NCBI GenBank assembly: GCA_000934665.2
Contig: JYFJ02001092.1
Location: 62,001-91,950, forward strand
Direction of reading: 5' to 3'
From: Catajapyx aquilonaris
Taxonomy: Eukaryota
Length of the DNA stretch: 29,950 nucleotides
The translations under genes and the position numbers were made by a program. The notes beneath the pieces are model-generated. The model did no database searches. It had not been told where the DNA came from and worked only from the letters and a program-made list of their open reading frames with translations. This document shows, one piece after another, positions 1 through 11,400 of the stretch. Every line of letters starts with the position of its first letter. Positions within the stretch are counted from its first letter, which is position 1.

Positions 1-109
1 ATTTGTAAGAGGTTTTTAAAAATTTGTGTGACGCTGAGAAATTGTGATTTGATTTAGCCTAATTCTTAAATCGCTGACTGCAGCAATATAAGTTATACAT
101 ATTTTTCAG

Positions 110-258
110 ATTCACAATGCTGATCAGCTGGCTGAATGGTGCATCCACCACTTAGCAACAAACTACAATGCCATCTGCAAGAAGTCCCCAAAATTGCTTC
201 GCAGTCTGCATCCAGAGAATCAGGCATACCTCAATGAGCACCGTTGGCCACCAGTCTG
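110..258 (+). CDS. RhoBTB: Rho-related BTB domain protein, penultimate coding exon (gene begins upstream of window)
   Basis: After tttttcAG (109) the frame reads IHNADQLAEWCIHHLATNYNAICKKSPKLLRSLHPENQAYLNEHRWPPV(W), matching the conserved RhoBTB C-terminal region (HNAxQLAxWC...RWPPVWYLK). Ends at TG|GTATGT donor, phase 2. Not in the ORF track. Confidence 0.92.
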
Positions 259-310
259 GTATGTTGAATCAGTCTGAACCAGCCCCCAGACACTACCCTT
301 ACAATCTTAT

Positions 311-595
311 CTTATCGCCTGACGGGGCGTTTTGCATGAGGTGCTCACTTGAGAGCGCCATGAGACATTTCACTGCTACATTATGTGGCGCTGAACTTTA
401 TAGGTACAAAAGGGAAGTGCTACATTGGGGGACCCAACATGGTCGCCGGTGGCCATGTTGGGCCCGCATGTAGCGGCTTCCCTTCTACCTAAGTTCAGCT
501 TCATCTGGCAGGTTCGCCACATATTGTAGCAGTGAAACTGTCTCATGGCGCTCTCAAGTGAGTACCTCATGCAAAACGCCCCGGAAAGCGATAAG
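311..595. mobile_element. Foldback / MITE-like palindromic element in last RhoBTB intron
   Basis: 323-380 (cggggcgttttgcatgaggtgctcacttgagagcgccatgagaca...) is the near-exact reverse complement of about 525-583. Pairing continues inward (cccaacatggtc / ggccatgttggg) and outward (cttatcgc / gcgataag). No clear target-site duplication. Confidence 0.75.
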
Positions 596-813
596 GAGTG
601 ACCAGACCTTAGTATTCTAAGACCATGGTCTGAACAGTTGTGGCAGAAGTTGATAATGTTGAGGTGAAATGACTCCATAAAGATTGCCATTTTGGAAGGT
701 TTAAAAAAAATTCACAGTATATCGACCCCTATTATACCAAGGGCATTGAAAGTGTAAGGTAGTTTGTCAGATGGAGTCATGGACCTCTTTCATGGAAAAG
801 TAATGGAAGCGTA

Positions 814-1479
814 CAGTGTTGGACATAAATCGAGGCATACTGCTAGCGACATTTTCCAAAGTGGCAGAAGAACGAACCGAAGCAATGCAATGAGTGAGAC
901 AGGAGTGAGATGCGCGCAAGCAAGAACTGATGGGCTGTGCCTGACCTCAGACTGGTGCAATCGTTCAAAACACTTTGAAATGTTAATGGCATTGCCTTTT
1001 TCTCATTATTTTGAGCCAGTAATTCGGACACATCGTGCATGTGATTATATACAATGTTTTATCAAGACGATGAGGTTCAGGGTTCTTGAAGTGCATAATT
1101 ATAAGCATCACTTATTCATAATTTGGCATTTTTATTGCTGAATAGCCTCATGACGGGAAAGAAACAGCCTTTGCTCCCCATGACACATTTAAAACAGTTC
1201 ATTTCTAATCACCTTCAAAGTCTCGTGTAGAGTTGCTATCACCAGAAATATGGTAGTCCTACTGTTGCACTGCGCCATACGACTTGCCTCTACAACTTGC
1301 CCCATATGATTATACCTGCACATTTAAAAATGCCAACCCTTCCCCTACACTACTTGCACAGCCCACCACGTCTTGCTCGCACGCATCTGACTCCTGTCTC
1401 ACTCATTTCATTGCTTCGGTTCATTCTGCTGCTTCGGAAAATGTCGCTAGCAGTATGCCTCGATTGATGTCCAACACTG
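814..1479. mobile_element. Non-autonomous Tc1/mariner-type element (666 bp) with long TIRs
   Basis: TA|CAGTGTTGGACAT...ATGTCCAACACTG|TA, with TA duplication at 812-813 and 1480-1481. Outer 44 nt of the TIRs differ at 1 position; similarity extends about 125 nt (814-940 vs 1356-1479). No transposase ORF. Confidence 0.88.
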
Positions 1480-1684
1480 TACTATAAAAATGTCGATGTG
1501 AGTTACGTTAAGGGGAGACAAACCTTTATCTCACTGCTATGAAAACATTAGCACTACCTTTCAAATGAAGATGGCTACATGTACACACACATCCTATTCC
1601 CTCATTAATTTGCAAAACCCAAAAGTACCAGCTGGAAATAACGTTCATTGAAGTAATATCACTACTGTGTCCGGTGGGGTTTAG

Positions 1685-1850
1685 GTATCTGAAGGACTAT
1701 GACTACTACCTCAAGTGCTTGCTGGAACGAGAGAAGGAGGACAACAAGAAGCCACTGAAGAGGAGTCGGAACAACTCAGGCTGTTTGTGCTTCACAGGGA
1801 AGTCACGACGGGATGAGTCATCTCAGTCATCCAGTTACCATGCTGTATGA
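1685..1850 (+). CDS. RhoBTB: RhoBTB terminal coding exon
   Basis: tttAG|G completes TGG (Trp), then YLKDYDYYLKCLLEREKEDNKKPLKRSRNNSGCLCFTGKSRRDESSQSSSYHAV-TGA. Phase matches the upstream exon and restores RWPPVWYLK. Confidence 0.92.
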
Positions 1851-2510
1851 GGGCCCTGAGAGAGGGATCAAACTACCTACTGACAAGAAAAATGAAACGC
1901 CACATGCAAGGCTCCTGGTTTTGTCCTCCATTCCCGCGTCCAATTTCTTCCATTTTTTGGGACGAATATTGTGTTCGCTCTTTTGTGAATTGCTTATCCT
2001 CCCCTCCCCCTCACTCTACCCTGCAACAATCTTCCAGTATGTATGTGGATTACATAACTGACGATGTGGCAGACAATGCCACTATAATCCCTCTTTTCTG
2101 TTTATAATTAAATAGGAAGAAAAGGAAAAATATTGCCAATTGGGGTTTTACATATAGCTATGATATATGGGGGAATATCGTTTGGTTGCAATAATGTAAA
2201 TTTTTTCTTCCTTCCATTTTTTTTTTTACATGCATCAGCCCACTACTTTTGAGTTGTGTGTGGGGGATGAGGGACATTGTGTTGGATTCTAGTCATTCCC
2301 TGGCACTCAAGTGGGTCACAGAATCAAAAATGAAACCTGTTTTCAAAGTGCAGCAAAAGATGGACTTACGTACACCACTTGTTGTACTGGATTTTGTTAC
2401 TGAACAAAAAGTAATATTTAGCAAAAAAACAAAAAAAAATAGCCAACCAACCAACAAAAAAGAGTAGGTGTATAACTTTTGGGTCGTCTCTTTGCCATTT
2501 GCACTGCGTT

Positions 2511-2516
2511 AATAAA
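2511..2516 (+). terminator. Probable polyadenylation signal of RhoBTB
   Basis: AATAAA about 660 nt after the stop codon, followed by a GT/T-rich stretch (ctgtgtcgtttctcagtgt). Confidence 0.55.
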
Positions 2517-2982
2517 ATAATTCATGAAGACTTCTGTGTCGTTTCTCAGTGTCCTAAAAACCTACTTACAGGAAGTGGCAATGATGTGATCAAGCTTCTA
2601 CTGAAGACTATGAGCTGTCCACACAATCATATGATGATGTGAGTTGCTTTTGGCTTGTGGAAAACTGCAGCACAAATTAAACAAAATGTGGGAAAGTTGC
2701 ATTATGTATCCCATAGAATAAGGCTGGTCCGACCCATTGGCTTCTCTGAGTATGGTCCACTCAGGATCATTCACCCTGATAACTGAGCGCAATAAGAGGC
2801 TCTGCAAGATGCAGAGTTTTCATGCCATGATTATTTAGAAGTTGCCTTGTGTTAGATGCATGACAACTCTCGTGTCTTCCACAGTCTCATATTTCACTCA
2901 ATTATTGTGATGGACGGTCCAGAGTCGGCCGCATTCGGAATAACAAGCAACAGTCACAAGTTCTTTACAGTGTTGAAGGAGA

Positions 2983-3306
2983 GGCAGAGTGGTGCTGCAG
3001 TAACGTATAGGTATACGCCCACTGATGTAAGGGTCCCGGGTTCGATCCCAGGCCTGGGCATTCCCCCCTTCAGAGTTGGGTGTCTTGGGTGGGATTCCTT
3101 GAGACTAACCACCCGGGGAAGTTCACAAAATGTAGGCTACCGTTATAGACATTGCACCTGCGCTTTGCATATCCTGTCCCAGTCACCCTACCCGTGGGCC
3201 CGGGAGCTTTGTTAAAGGTTCCAGCATGTATCGTACTACAACGGTATAATAAAGGTCCGTGCTACATAGCTCTCAAGGAGGTCAAGAATTACCTGCATTA
3301 TTATTA
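2983..3306 (+). mobile_element. tRNA-derived SINE-like element
   Basis: Degenerate box A (gtggtgctgcagtaa, about 2989), box B GGTTCGATCCC at 3039-3049 inside a T-arm-like stem (ccggg / ccagg), about 240 nt body, and an (ATT)n tail at 3297-3306. No complete cloverleaf. Boundaries approximate. Confidence 0.65.
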
Positions 3307-3797
3307 CAGTTGACTCCGGATATAACAGACTTTAAGGGACCACGGAAAAAATAAGTAATAACCGAGGTCTGTTACAGCCAAATCTCCAATTTTGCAATGA
3401 ATACAGAAGTTGCATTTATTAATGAGACTCTCCACAACAATATAAAATTAGCTCACCCGTAAATTAGGCAGGACAAAAAAAATCCGTAATTTTCTTCTGC
3501 CTTCTCCTTGTTGCCAAATACACCAGAAAAAACATGATTTTGTGTGGCTTAGATCAGTGACAGATGCGAAAATCACCCTCCAGTATTACCTGCCTTCCTA
3601 GGCATGGAAAAGGAATTTGAATGTAATCAAAAAGATCATATTTTCCCTCCGAGAGACCAAAAAATGGTCTGTTATACCCGAGGTGAGGTGAAAATGTGTG
3701 TTATATCAGGAGTAAAAATACACTGGCTTATGGAAGTATGCCAGGAAGGTCCTTTCGAGTCTGTTATAACCGAGGCTGTTATATCCGGAGTCAACTG
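3307..3797. mobile_element. pogo/Tigger-like (Tc1/mariner superfamily) MITE, 491 bp
   Basis: Perfect 22-bp TIR CAGTTGACTCCGGATATAACAG, TA duplication at 3305-3306 and 3798-3799, and subterminal motif copies (gtctgttata..cgagg). Confidence 0.88.
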
Positions 3798-4754
3798 TAT
3801 TATACAGTATATAGTAATATTATTATTTAGTGTTGCAGCATATTACTTTTTATGCAATTATTCTGGAATAAATGTATAACAGATCAGTAATAGATTGATG
3901 TGAATTAAGGATGGAAATAAGGCAAAACACTCACTACAGCCATCATGATTGTATAGTGTCACCCAGTATAATATATTGCAAACTGTCAGATCATACTACT
4001 AAGTATTTACACATGGAGGGGTGATAGGCATGCGAGGGCCAGCATTTACATCACCATCCATTCAAGGCATACCCACCAAGCCCAAACGGGCATACCTATC
4101 TTAATTATTCCTGTTTTATGTTATCGAGTAATGCCCTCTGGATTTGAACTACATTTGCTTCCCCTGTCCTTCACACAGCATAATATACAACTATCAGTGT
4201 GTAATATAATATTGTGAAGTATAAAAGTAGAAGTTGCGGGTAAGATTGGCTGCATCATAACTGAAACTACTTTTTTGAAATCATATGTGAAACAGCTTCC
4301 TGCCTAAATTTGTAAAATAATTTTAGTGCAAGTGAAATTATTCTATTGAAAAAGTAACGATCATTAAAATTTAATCATGACTTGTCCGCCCACTGAACAG
4401 GGATTACAGATAGTAATAATTGCACTCATACTATTTTTTAACTTGTAGTAGGTGACGACTACTTCTTTTCTAATGTGCCATTGTGCATATAAGTAACACA
4501 TATGCACAACTTAGGCCTTAACCAATGCAGGATGTACTGAATATCGAAGAGTCTGTTAGATGTGTGGAACTAAGCAAATGAGGTCAGGAGTCCCTGGCAA
4601 TATGCTCTAAGTGAATTTCCTTTGCCTAAGACAATGCAAATATTGAATCACCAGAGAATAGCACTTACTTACAAATAATTACCATCCAACTTTTCACAAT
4701 ATCAGATTACCTTAAAAAATTATCAGATTTTTATGAGCTAACATTTGCAAATAG

Positions 4755-5903
4755 TGAAGATCTAAAAAGCAGAATTAGAGTTACATTTGATTGATTTTGA
4801 AATTTGAGGGTTTGAAAATTGCATTGTCCCTTATAATGTTTTTTAAAGAAGTTCTCCACGGGTATGTGTACAGTACGAGTTTCTATCACGACAAAGTGAC
4901 TTGACCAACATAAAATACACTTCCAGAACTATATTAAATAATGCTGTCTAACCTGACTTCGCCCAACATGTAAGTTAATTCTGATCGTCCTGCACTTCAG
5001 CACTTCAATATATTTCAAGGACGCTTTAAATTATCTTCACTGAAGTGGTCACGCTTATCTTAACCCCCTTTCTACAAAATCAAATAATATTGCATAACTA
5101 TGCAATAGTTTTTGATTGACGGTAGTGAATGGGCTGCTGTGAATCAGTACACAAACTATTCCGTACACTTTTTTCCCTGCTTTTCAGGTGAGTGTGCCAG
5201 AATTGAGCGGATATATCATACGTGTCTGACAGTCCTCTAAGGCCACTGTGATTGATGGATTTGGGTCTGGGAAGTTCACACTATTACTTGTCCCTGGATT
5301 AGCATCACGTAAAAATAATATGCTTATATGCGTGCAAATATGCGTGCACACCGGCGCAACAATCTTGCAAGTTCTCAGTTCTCACACAATTCCAGACCTA
5401 AGGCAACAAGTCTTTGAACTGTCAGTCACGAGTCACGACACGACACAACATTGTATTACATGAAGACCTGAAATGCAGAATTATCCTATATACACATTGA
5501 ATGATTCAAACTAAGGAGGTTTAAGGTTTGAAAAAGGCATTGTCCTGAGTAGTGTTCCGGGCACAAATTGTTCCTTTGTCCGGGCACAGTTCGGATATAG
5601 TAGACCTTGTTTCGGGCACAGTATAGGCTAGAGCCCCACGCCAGATGATCCCTGTCGTTATTTTAACGACTTTTACGTTAATTTCACGACTTTTTAACGT
5701 CTCAATGATATAATTATCGTTAAATCTTGACGTTAAAAAAATAGTCGTTAAATTGACGTAAAAGTCGTTAAATCATCTGGCGTGGACCTCTAGCCTTCTG
5801 TGACCGAAATAAGGTCTACTATATCCGAACTGTGCTCGGACAAAGGAAATCTACACTACTATCCTGTACGGAACCATCTTTTAATAACATTTTAAGGAAC
5901 TCT
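4755..5903. repeat. Diverged direct duplication of about 100 bp (4755-4855 vs 5461-5545 plus 5881-5903)
   Basis: tgaagatctaaaaagcagaatt...ggtttgaaaattgcattgtcc / ttataatgttttttaaagaagttct versus tgaagacctgaaatgcagaatt...ggtttgaaaaaggcattgtcc / ttaataacattttaaggaactct. The second copy is split by the foldback element. Confidence 0.55.
5548..5860. mobile_element. Foldback / MITE-like palindromic element with internal sub-repeats
   Basis: 5571-5649 (ttcctttgtccgggcacagttcggatatagtagacctt...ccacgccagatgat) pairs with 5772-5848. Inner arms are built from gtcgtta/taacgac/acgtta motifs; cgggcaca occurs 3 times in the left arm; outer agtagtgt / acactact. Confidence 0.78.
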
Positions 5904-8197
5904 AATTAATATCTCAGAAAACTAATTTCACTACATGACACGATGCTTAACTCAATCAATTCACATTTTTTCTTCGCTTTTCCCAGGGAATGCAGAAATA
6001 TGCTTGAATAATTCTCAATACCCGACATTCTAAATCATATGGAGAGACACATCGGTGTGAAACCCACATGGCGGTGTTACCAAGAATCATAAACCAAATT
6101 GCAGATAATGGACTTGGTCACTTCATTCGACTCCTTCAAGCGAGTCTAGCAAATCCGTCGACTGCTCAGATACACTCCAACACACCGGTACCGATATGGC
6201 CATTGCCCAATTCTCACCACACTTGAAGCAAGAGTGCAACTTCCCAGAAGCCATGACTAATCATAAAAATGGGCAATAGAAGCATTGCGCAAACATGACA
6301 GGATCTTAGCCCACGATCCCCATTTCCTCTTGTTCTATAAAGTCCTCAGCCTGGTCGGTGTGAGAAGAAACCTGGAGGTTAACATATAGCGATGACGCTT
6401 GAATGATGAAGAGTACGCAGCCCTTTCTCTCTCTCGCTCTTTAGTGTTATCTGAATGAAACTGGTAGAGAGAAGAATAATAAAGTAAAAAATTGTGTGCG
6501 TGAGACGGCCTTGATCCTGGGGTGCTAGGCAACCGAGCAAGATGGCGTAACCGCCGCCTGGGGTCAAAAAAGTGAAATTGGGCATGCGAGGAAATGAGCC
6601 GCGAGAGGGTTTCTTCGCCCTCAATTTCTTCATTCTTTGGGGACTCGAGAATCACAAGATTGAAAAAATAAAATAAAAAAAGTGGGGGACTGGGAGATTG
6701 GAGAATCACGTGGCTCATTTGAATGCATTCCACAGCCCAGCAGGTTTTCATAAGACCCGTATGGCCCTGCCCATGTGGTTCCAGCCTATACAGGGTAACT
6801 TAGCTCCGATTACGTCTTTTGTACTGAGAGCGCATATTGGCTTAATATTCACGGATGTCGTTGTGATGTGTGCTGTGTACACACACCCACACACGAGCCT
6901 TGGGAAATGTACATAATTTTACAAAGGAAATGCCGACGAAGACAAAGTAATTGCATGATAATTAGAAGTTATAGTTCACCATGTAGTTTTCATGAAGGTG
7001 GTTTCTAAGAAGTAAGTGGCATCGGGTTACAAGACAATCTTGTTTGGCAGGGCAGATTGTTTACCACATTGCGTATCGACTGTTGCCACTGATGTATATA
7101 AAGTTCAGTGCAGGATGCTACGTACAGGCTACTAGACATACCATGGGGGAAATGGCAGGTGCAGATGTTCAGTCTGTAGTCAAATAATACACTAGTAATG
7201 ACAGTGATCTTTAAAATGATGTCATCAATGAGAAAGTTACAAGAGATCACGTACAAATGCTTAAGTAATTTATCGACTGTTTCGGCCGAGTATTATGAGA
7301 CCCTGGTTTCGGCTAATAGTGCATGCCTATATATTTCTCCTGCAATATCTTGAAAATAAATGCGTTTCAGTTTCTCCCACCAATTTCATTTAATTTTTAT
7401 GTGTTCATGAATCTCTACAACAGACGTTTCACAAATATATGAAAGGTGGCTTTATACAGTATAGCCTAAGTCATACTCATCATCCTTTGTTTGACTACCA
7501 CTAGTCATGTGAAGAATGAGTCAGTAATTCGAAACTTGTCACGTATGCGCAACAACAACTAAGCGAGTAGACCTACAATTCCTCCTCGTTATGCGTAGCA
7601 GGTGTTTCCCCATCAGTATAAGGTTCCCAAGCCAGTACTGTAGTATAGTGTCTATAGCATGCCAAAAAAAACTGACAGTACTGTACAGCACACATAATAA
7701 CAATATGTGCCCCTGATTTTGCTAGTGCGCATTAAAATTCTACACGTAAAACAATATTCAATATGAAGCATTTGAACTCATCGTGAATGCATATCTGTAT
7801 ATGCAAATCATGGCCCCCGAATGATTGACACTCTGGAGTATTAATCATCATCACGTCAAACGCCCAGTATGGAGCACAACAGACCAGTTCTCCTTGACAG
7901 AGATGAAATCTCCATGGTCACTATTTATAACCCCTTCCTTGGCCCCTTCTCATTTTGGGTCTTGTCAAGGCGGCAACCAAGGTAGAGGACAACCGAGTGT
8001 TCCCGGTCTGCCCTTCCCTTCCTTCCTTCCTTCCTCGGACTGTTTCTGGTGTAGGCGGGAGCGCAACCATTCCTCACGCAAGGACTTACTGGCGGCCCCA
8101 AAAAAATGAAAGGCAGGCCCATCGCGCCTCCTTCTTCTCCATCAGCAACAACGCACCTTTGGCTCAGAATGAGTCGTAGCAGCTGCTGTCTTATTTC

Positions 8198-8291
8198 TGA
8201 CGCAACCCTGACGTCACGCTGGGAACTCCGGAGAAAGGACTTTTGTCAGCAGTAGTTGTGGTCGGGTGGTTGGTGTCGGTGGCAGTCAGTT
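8198..8291 (+). promoter_or_regulatory. Candidate promoter of the ABCH gene
   Basis: TGACGCAA (8198), perfect CRE TGACGTCA (8209-8216) and arthropod initiator TCAGTT (8286-8291) in a GC-richer island, with a strong donor 114 nt downstream. No correctly spaced DPE. Confidence 0.45.
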
Positions 8292-8401
8292 GGTGCCGTT
8301 TGCTGCGAGAAGGCGTCCAGCAGCACTGTTTCCAAAAATCTCATTCACCTCTTTCCATCATCCCTACCACCGACAGCCATCCTGGTTCCCGGCAGCCTCT
8401 G
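8288..8401 (+). other. Candidate non-coding first exon (5' UTR) of ABCH gene
   Basis: Runs from the Inr to CTG|GTGAGT at 8402 with no ATG. Would splice to the acceptor ctcAG at 12906, 10 nt before the ABCH start codon. The link is inferred. Confidence 0.45.
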
Positions 8402-11400
8402 GTGAGTCCAGGGCACCTCCAGGTCTTTACGTCCAACCTGGAGGTGCCATCTTCCCATCTGACCCCCCAGCATCCTGCCCGTGCAGATAAGTGTAAAGTG
8501 CGGTTGAATCCCCTGATTAACACGGATTACAATAGCCATATAAAAAAAGAAAACAACGAGTGTTCCAAATTAATACAATTGCATACCATTCTCTCAGGTG
8601 GCTTTGTCCAGTGAACCGGTTTTATGAACAACTCCGCAAACTGCTTTTCATTTTTTGGGGCCGACTGGGGGGGAGGGGATCTAATGTTCAGTTGAGCAAA
8701 ATGGGGTGGGGTGTGTAAAAAAAAACATTCTGGTGTAAGGAAGAGTATTGCAGCACTCTATGCCTTTCACCCCAATACGTTACGTAAGATTAGTTGGTTC
8801 CAAACGACCAAGTAAGAGCCTCGGTTGCTTCACTAGGAAGTCCTCCGACAAAGTCAAGGAAAGCAAGTCTGGATGCTGGATAGACCAGAAGTTCAGCCTG
8901 CCATCCAGTTCATGAGCGTTTGTCCAGCCCTCGCTTTCCAAGTGTCTTTTGCACAACACCTTATTCAATCTCAAATTACTTACTAATAATCATTCATTTA
9001 AAAAAAAAATCGTGTGCCAAACCGGGTCCATCCGTCTCGCACATGACACTACTTTCTATGTTGTAATGCCACGTCTATATTTATCCCGATTTCTTCGCGT
9101 CAACAGGAAGCAATGGTGCGACACGTCTCATTCAACGCCCTGTACTATACAAAAGACGATTAATAATAGGAGAAATGCGCTGCTTGTCCCGCTATTTTCA
9201 CCTCTTTCAAGTCACCTGTGAAAGTGAGACACTGAGTCCAACCCGAGTTGGACACAGCAATTGTAGGGCGGAGGCGATACAATCTCGGCAGGAACTGTGC
9301 GTCAGGGGAAATGGACGATTCCCGCGTTCAAGTCTCTGGGTTATAACACCCAGTGTCCTGCTTGCACAATGCGTGTATTTAACCCCATGAGGTTACAAAT
9401 AACATCCTTCAGTGCACGCAAACCTCAGCAACAATGCGTACTGAAAACATCATAATAGGAGGGTGGGGGTGCAAAGGTAAGATCCCTATCGGCACACACC
9501 AAAAAGAAATTCCATCGTCATAAAAATTGCAAGAATACCGGTATGCTGCACTTTTTTTTGTGGCTCTAAACCAGGTTATTAAATCCAGATGCTGGGGGCA
9601 TTGGTAGGGTTACATAATGCGTTATTCCATAGGCATCGACATGCCTTTCCCCCTCTTGCATAGTGTCCTCTGCAGTGGGCGATGTCGGTGCCCCAGGCCA
9701 GAATCTGCTGGTGGCAGGCGCCCCTGTAGCCCACTAGTCAGGTGATGGGAAGTGGGCCACAACACCTCGCTTTCGCTCACCTTCTCCTTTTCCCAACCTA
9801 CTCCATCTCTCTTCCTCCACATCATCCCGTGTAATGAGGTCAAGGCCTTTGGTTTTTTTGTTCTCCATATCCCCCCTCCGGTGCTTCGAAGAAAGTGAGT
9901 GTGTTTCCCAGAAGGCGCGAGGGGCACGTGCTTTTCTGCAGGCCTGGCCATTGTAGTTTTCAATGGGCGATTCATGTATGATGGATGGACTTCTTTATCT
10001 TACGTAACTGAACGTGTCTGGGTAATTACACCGTATTAAAATTCGTACGTGCGAGATACTTTCTAGCTTCACTTTCGCTGGATATTGCATTCGGATATTT
10101 ATTTAGCGCTTTTTTTGTTTATTTGTTGGAAGGCAATTGAGTGGATAGCACAAGCTTGCAATTAATCACAGCTTTAGAGATTAGAAATTGATGCCGGATA
10201 TAAGTGCTCCTCAGATAGTTCTATAAATGTCACTTTTTTTTGCAAGACTACTCATGACGCATTACTTCTTGAATAGTTTCCGCATATTCTGTAACAACAG
10301 ATGGACATGGAGTATAGTGTGTACAGTATTGATGTTTGCAGAAAACCCCAGCTCTTCAAGGGCATGATGCTAATTAATGTGGGACTGTTGCTTATATTTC
10401 TCCGTCATCAGTTCTTCATATGTGAAAATACCGCGTATAAGATCGAGTGTGAGAAAGGTTCTAATTATAGTGCCAAACCTATTGCAAGAAATGCAATTCG
10501 AAGGATATATACCATTAGTATATTTATGAAATGGCTACTACCTTCAATATCAGTTCAATATGTGAAGCAGCGTTAATATTACATTATAATACATAATAGT
10601 AGGCCTACACAATATTACATCATGCTTCTACAAAGGCGACTTCTTGAAATGCCGGTGTCGCTGCGACATATGAGTCAGTATTTATAAACCCAAGATCATT
10701 AACATTTTTGGGTACTAATTACATAAATATCAGGTGTCCATTTGTTGTCCTACCGTGGCTAAACAATGTCAAATTACTAACATATAGACGTACCATTTAA
10801 ATTAAAATTTCTTCGGGAAAAACAAAGTAATTAGATAAATATATACTTCATGACGCAACTTGAATAACCTCTGTCTGACTTCAAGTTTTTATCTTTCCTA
10901 CACATTGTGCAAGAAACGTGTTCCACTATATACTGACTACAGCATTGTCGAGAAAAAATATTTTTTTCAAAATGTTACGCTTGATTATTGAGCTTATGCC
11001 ATATATGTACTGTACTGACACTTTAGTAGTTTAGTTAGTAACAGATCATTAGACCATGTATCCTGAATGAATATTCTGTGTCTATACTGCGGCTAAACAA
11101 TTCGAAATATTTATTACCGGCAACAGGGCCCTGAAACGGTTTCAATGTTTGATGAAGGCTAGATCAAATATGTAGTCACCTTGATTTTTGCATGTTTAAA
11201 TACCCCCCACGTGCCACTATCACGAAGGGTAATGCAGGGCCAGACATCCCCTCAACAATTACGTCAAACTTTACAAATGGAACCAAGCAAGCACCCTGCT
11301 TACTTAAAAGATCAATATTTGTCGTTCATCAATTTACCTGTAGGCCTGCAGGTATTAAAATCTAACGCATTCAACGTATAGAAGCCAATTATAGACACAT

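Noticed and set aside
168..690. Opposing ORFs sharing GAFCMRxSLESAMR
   Set aside because: Both read through the arms of the 311-595 palindrome; the real RhoBTB exon uses another frame.
2983..3060. Possible tRNA gene or hammerhead ribozyme (ctgatgt)
   Set aside because: No acceptor or anticodon stems and no T-run terminator; the hammerhead core CTGATGA...GAAA is incomplete. A SINE head fits better.
6403..6454. C/D box snoRNA-like ATGATGA...CTGA
   Set aside because: Only about 50 nt apart, no terminal stem, and the interior is a CT microsatellite.
5987..6751. Short ORFs on both strands, including 138 aa at 6335-6751
   Set aside because: No recognisable domain, low-complexity content, and frequent stops in neighbouring frames.
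10729..10800. Mariner-like terminus tatcaggtgtcc
   Set aside because: No partner inverted repeat or transposase remnant found.
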